Shown here in pieces: positions 7,190 through 8,896 of a stretch of 8,896 bases of DNA (position 1 is the stretch's first letter; the number at the start of each line of letters is the position of its first letter). The position numbers were made by a program, and so were the translations under genes. The stretch is from Octopus sinensis (Eukaryota). The stretch is from positions 1 through 8,896 of the forward strand of contig NW_021828170.1 of the NCBI RefSeq assembly GCF_006345805.1, given 5' to 3'. Below the pieces are notes generated by a model. It was not told the origin of the DNA, did no database searches, and was given only the letters and a program-made list of their open reading frames with translations.

Positions 7190-7385
7190 ATTTTATTTCT
7201 GTACATAAAAAAAAACGGAACAAGGATGTAATAGACGACAATAAAAACATGCGGACAGATGGACGATACAAAGACGGACAGGAAAACCAGGACGGAACAT
7301 TCTTGGCTTTCTATTCATCAGTCAAGGTTGAAACAATTATGCGTTCACACGCAGACACACGGACATGTACTTCCTCAGCTTAATA
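7190..7385. mobile_element. Possible degenerate interspersed-repeat fragment
   Basis: Purine-rich stretch with recurring GGAC/GACGG motifs ending in TTTCTATTCATCAGTCAAG. It resembles my recollection of an octopus dispersed repeat and cannot be verified within the window. Confidence 0.25.
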
Positions 7386-7539
7386 TCATTCAAAGGTTTT
7401 AAATAAATCCAAATAAAATATGTGCAAAACAGTTCGACGTGGTTCCGAACTCGATTCCACATCCATCCCCTGGGCAAAGGGAAATATACTCAACTACAAA
7501 CCGTATATGTCTGTGTGTATGTACATAATACATTTACGT

Positions 7540-7551
7540 ATGTATATATAT

Positions 7552-7611
<60 letters not shown>

Positions 7612-7648
7612 ATTATACATATACATAGATATAGATATATATATATTT

Positions 7649-7683
<35 letters not shown>

Positions 7684-7690
7684 TTATATA
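7540..7690. repeat. Degenerate (TA)n microsatellite
   Basis: Directly visible; abuts the Helitron-like element. Confidence 0.95.
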
Positions 7691-8011
7691 CAAGCAGTAT
7701 CGCCCGCGCGTTGCTCGGTTTTTAGAGAGTTATAGCCAAAAAATGGAAAAAAAAATTCTGGTAAATTTTTTTAGTTAAAAGGTCGAGTTGCGTCCCTTAG
7801 ACAGTCTGTGGTTTGTGTTTCTGATTCTCGACCCCATGTCGAAATTATCGATCTTTTTCAGAACTGGGGGAACTTTCAAATTCGTTTTGATTTTGATTAT
7901 GACATTGGGCTATGTGTGTGTCAAGTTTCATCAGAATCGGTTGAAAGCCGTGGTCAGGGTGAGGGTACAACCTGACAGACACACAGACAAACTTCCGTTT
8001 ATATATAGAGA
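7691..8011 (-). mobile_element. Non-autonomous Helitron-like element (321 bp)
   Basis: The minus strand starts A|TCTCTATATATAAACGG, followed by a GTCT-type microsatellite and CCGATTCTGATGAAACTTG. It ends with a GC-rich subterminal hairpin CCGAGCAACGCGCGG (7718-7704) shortly before CTTG|T, one change from the canonical CTAG. It lies between A and T with no recognisable TSD, in a TA tract. Confidence 0.8.
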
Positions 8012-8056
8012 TATATATATATACGCACAGACACACACACACACACACACCACACA

Positions 8057-8254
8057 AGACACTTCATTTCACATCGTTGCAGCCCACTCAGCTGTAAATG
8101 TCTAACCCTGCGACGGACGAGCCTTCCGATCAGAGGGAATGGTAGCCTGCTCACCGAGCTAGCAGGATCGCATCACTCAAAACGCTAAAACGATACAAAA
8201 CTCAGTGTGACCAGCGATGTATAACAATATCCGCTAGCCATGGCGATTACGTGG
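8057..8254 (+). mobile_element. 5'-truncated SINE-like fragment (third family)
   Basis: CACTTCATTTCACATCGTTGCAGCCCACTCAGCTGTAAATG...AACCCTGCGACGGAC...TGTGACCAGCGATGT resembles motifs of invertebrate tRNA-SINE bodies (CCACTCAGCTG.AAATG; AACCCTGCGA.GGAC). This is from recall; there is a single copy in the window. Confidence 0.5.
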
Positions 8255-8330
8255 TACACACACACACAAAATACACACGCGTATATACTTATATATATAT
8301 ATACTTATATATATGTGTGTGTGTGTGTAT
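8255..8330. repeat. (CA)n-(TA)n-(TG)n self-complementary compound microsatellite
   Basis: Directly visible. Confidence 0.9.
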
Positions 8331-8403
8331 CAAATCCGTTAAACTGTTGGATGCGTTCTTTATATGTCTTCATGTGATTGATGGCGATTTTAGTTAAAGA
8401 GGA

Positions 8404-8417
8404 TGTGTGTGCGTGTG

Positions 8418-8452
<35 letters not shown>

Positions 8453-8460
8453 ATGAGTGT
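8404..8460. repeat. (TG)n/(TA)n microsatellite
   Basis: Directly visible. Confidence 0.9.
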
Positions 8461-8896
8461 GCCTGTTAGCGTGAATGTTCATGTCTATGATTGTTTTTAA
8501 TTATGTGTTTGAAGAGGGTTTTATGAATCTAATTATATTTTTTGTATGGATTTCAATGAGGGGAGGTGCAATCTGGGGGCATTTGTCTGTGTGTCTTTCT
8601 GCAGTTGTTTGATGATTGTGTGATTGTTTTACATATATATATATATATTATATATATATATAATATAATAAATAACCGGCTCCCATGCCTTATGTCCTCT
8701 GTAAGTATGTATGTATTGTATGTATATTATAATGTGTTCGTATATGCATGTTGTGTATATATGCATATCTATCTGACAGTCTGTACCTATATTGATGTAT
8801 GTGTGTATGATGTGCCTATATTAAAGTATATGTGTAACTGTAAAAGTATAAGGATATACATACACATTTTAACAGACACACACTCGTTTATATATA

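Noticed and set aside
7308-7379. Minus-strand CTGATGA-ATA-GAAA and CTGAGGA motifs, hammerhead-like
   Set aside because: There is no room for stem II in the first and no properly placed GAAA after the second; at most a decayed repeat remnant.
7420-7495. GTGGTTCCGAACTCGATTCCAC...CCTGGGCAA, possible seventh SINE head
   Set aside because: Similarity is too short and degenerate to call without an alignment.
350-8105. Supplied ORFs of 60-139 aa
   Set aside because: They are dominated by YI/VC/HT/LSIY repeats from microsatellites or by SINE/Helitron read-through, and many start at TTG/GTG. None has a recognisable domain except the partial fossil RT motif in 6583-6846.

Overview
AT-rich, microsatellite-dense eukaryotic non-coding DNA (intronic or intergenic). 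The repeat content suggests an octopus or related coleoid cephalopod; this comes from my recollection of octopus SINE consensus sequences, not a database search. No credible intact protein-coding gene is present; almost all supplied ORFs are (TA)n/(CA)n/(TATC)n or SINE read-throughs. The window holds six copies of one tRNA-derived SINE family (five on -, one on +), fragments of probably two other SINE families, a 321-bp non-autonomous Helitron-like element, a decayed RTE-like reverse-transcriptase fossil and many simple repeats. The most striking structure is a ~800-bp inverted repeat (arms 5875-6221 and 6313-6672). It was formed by an inverted copy of a SINE 3' end plus its unique flank sitting inside that same SINE's TA tract. 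Arm identity is stepped (about 80% inner, 100% over 126 bp, about 97% outer), suggesting arm-to-arm conversion or template switching. Two unexplained hairpins in unique sequence (3638-3681 and 4840-4937) also merit checking. I see no evidence of a novel multi-gene system.
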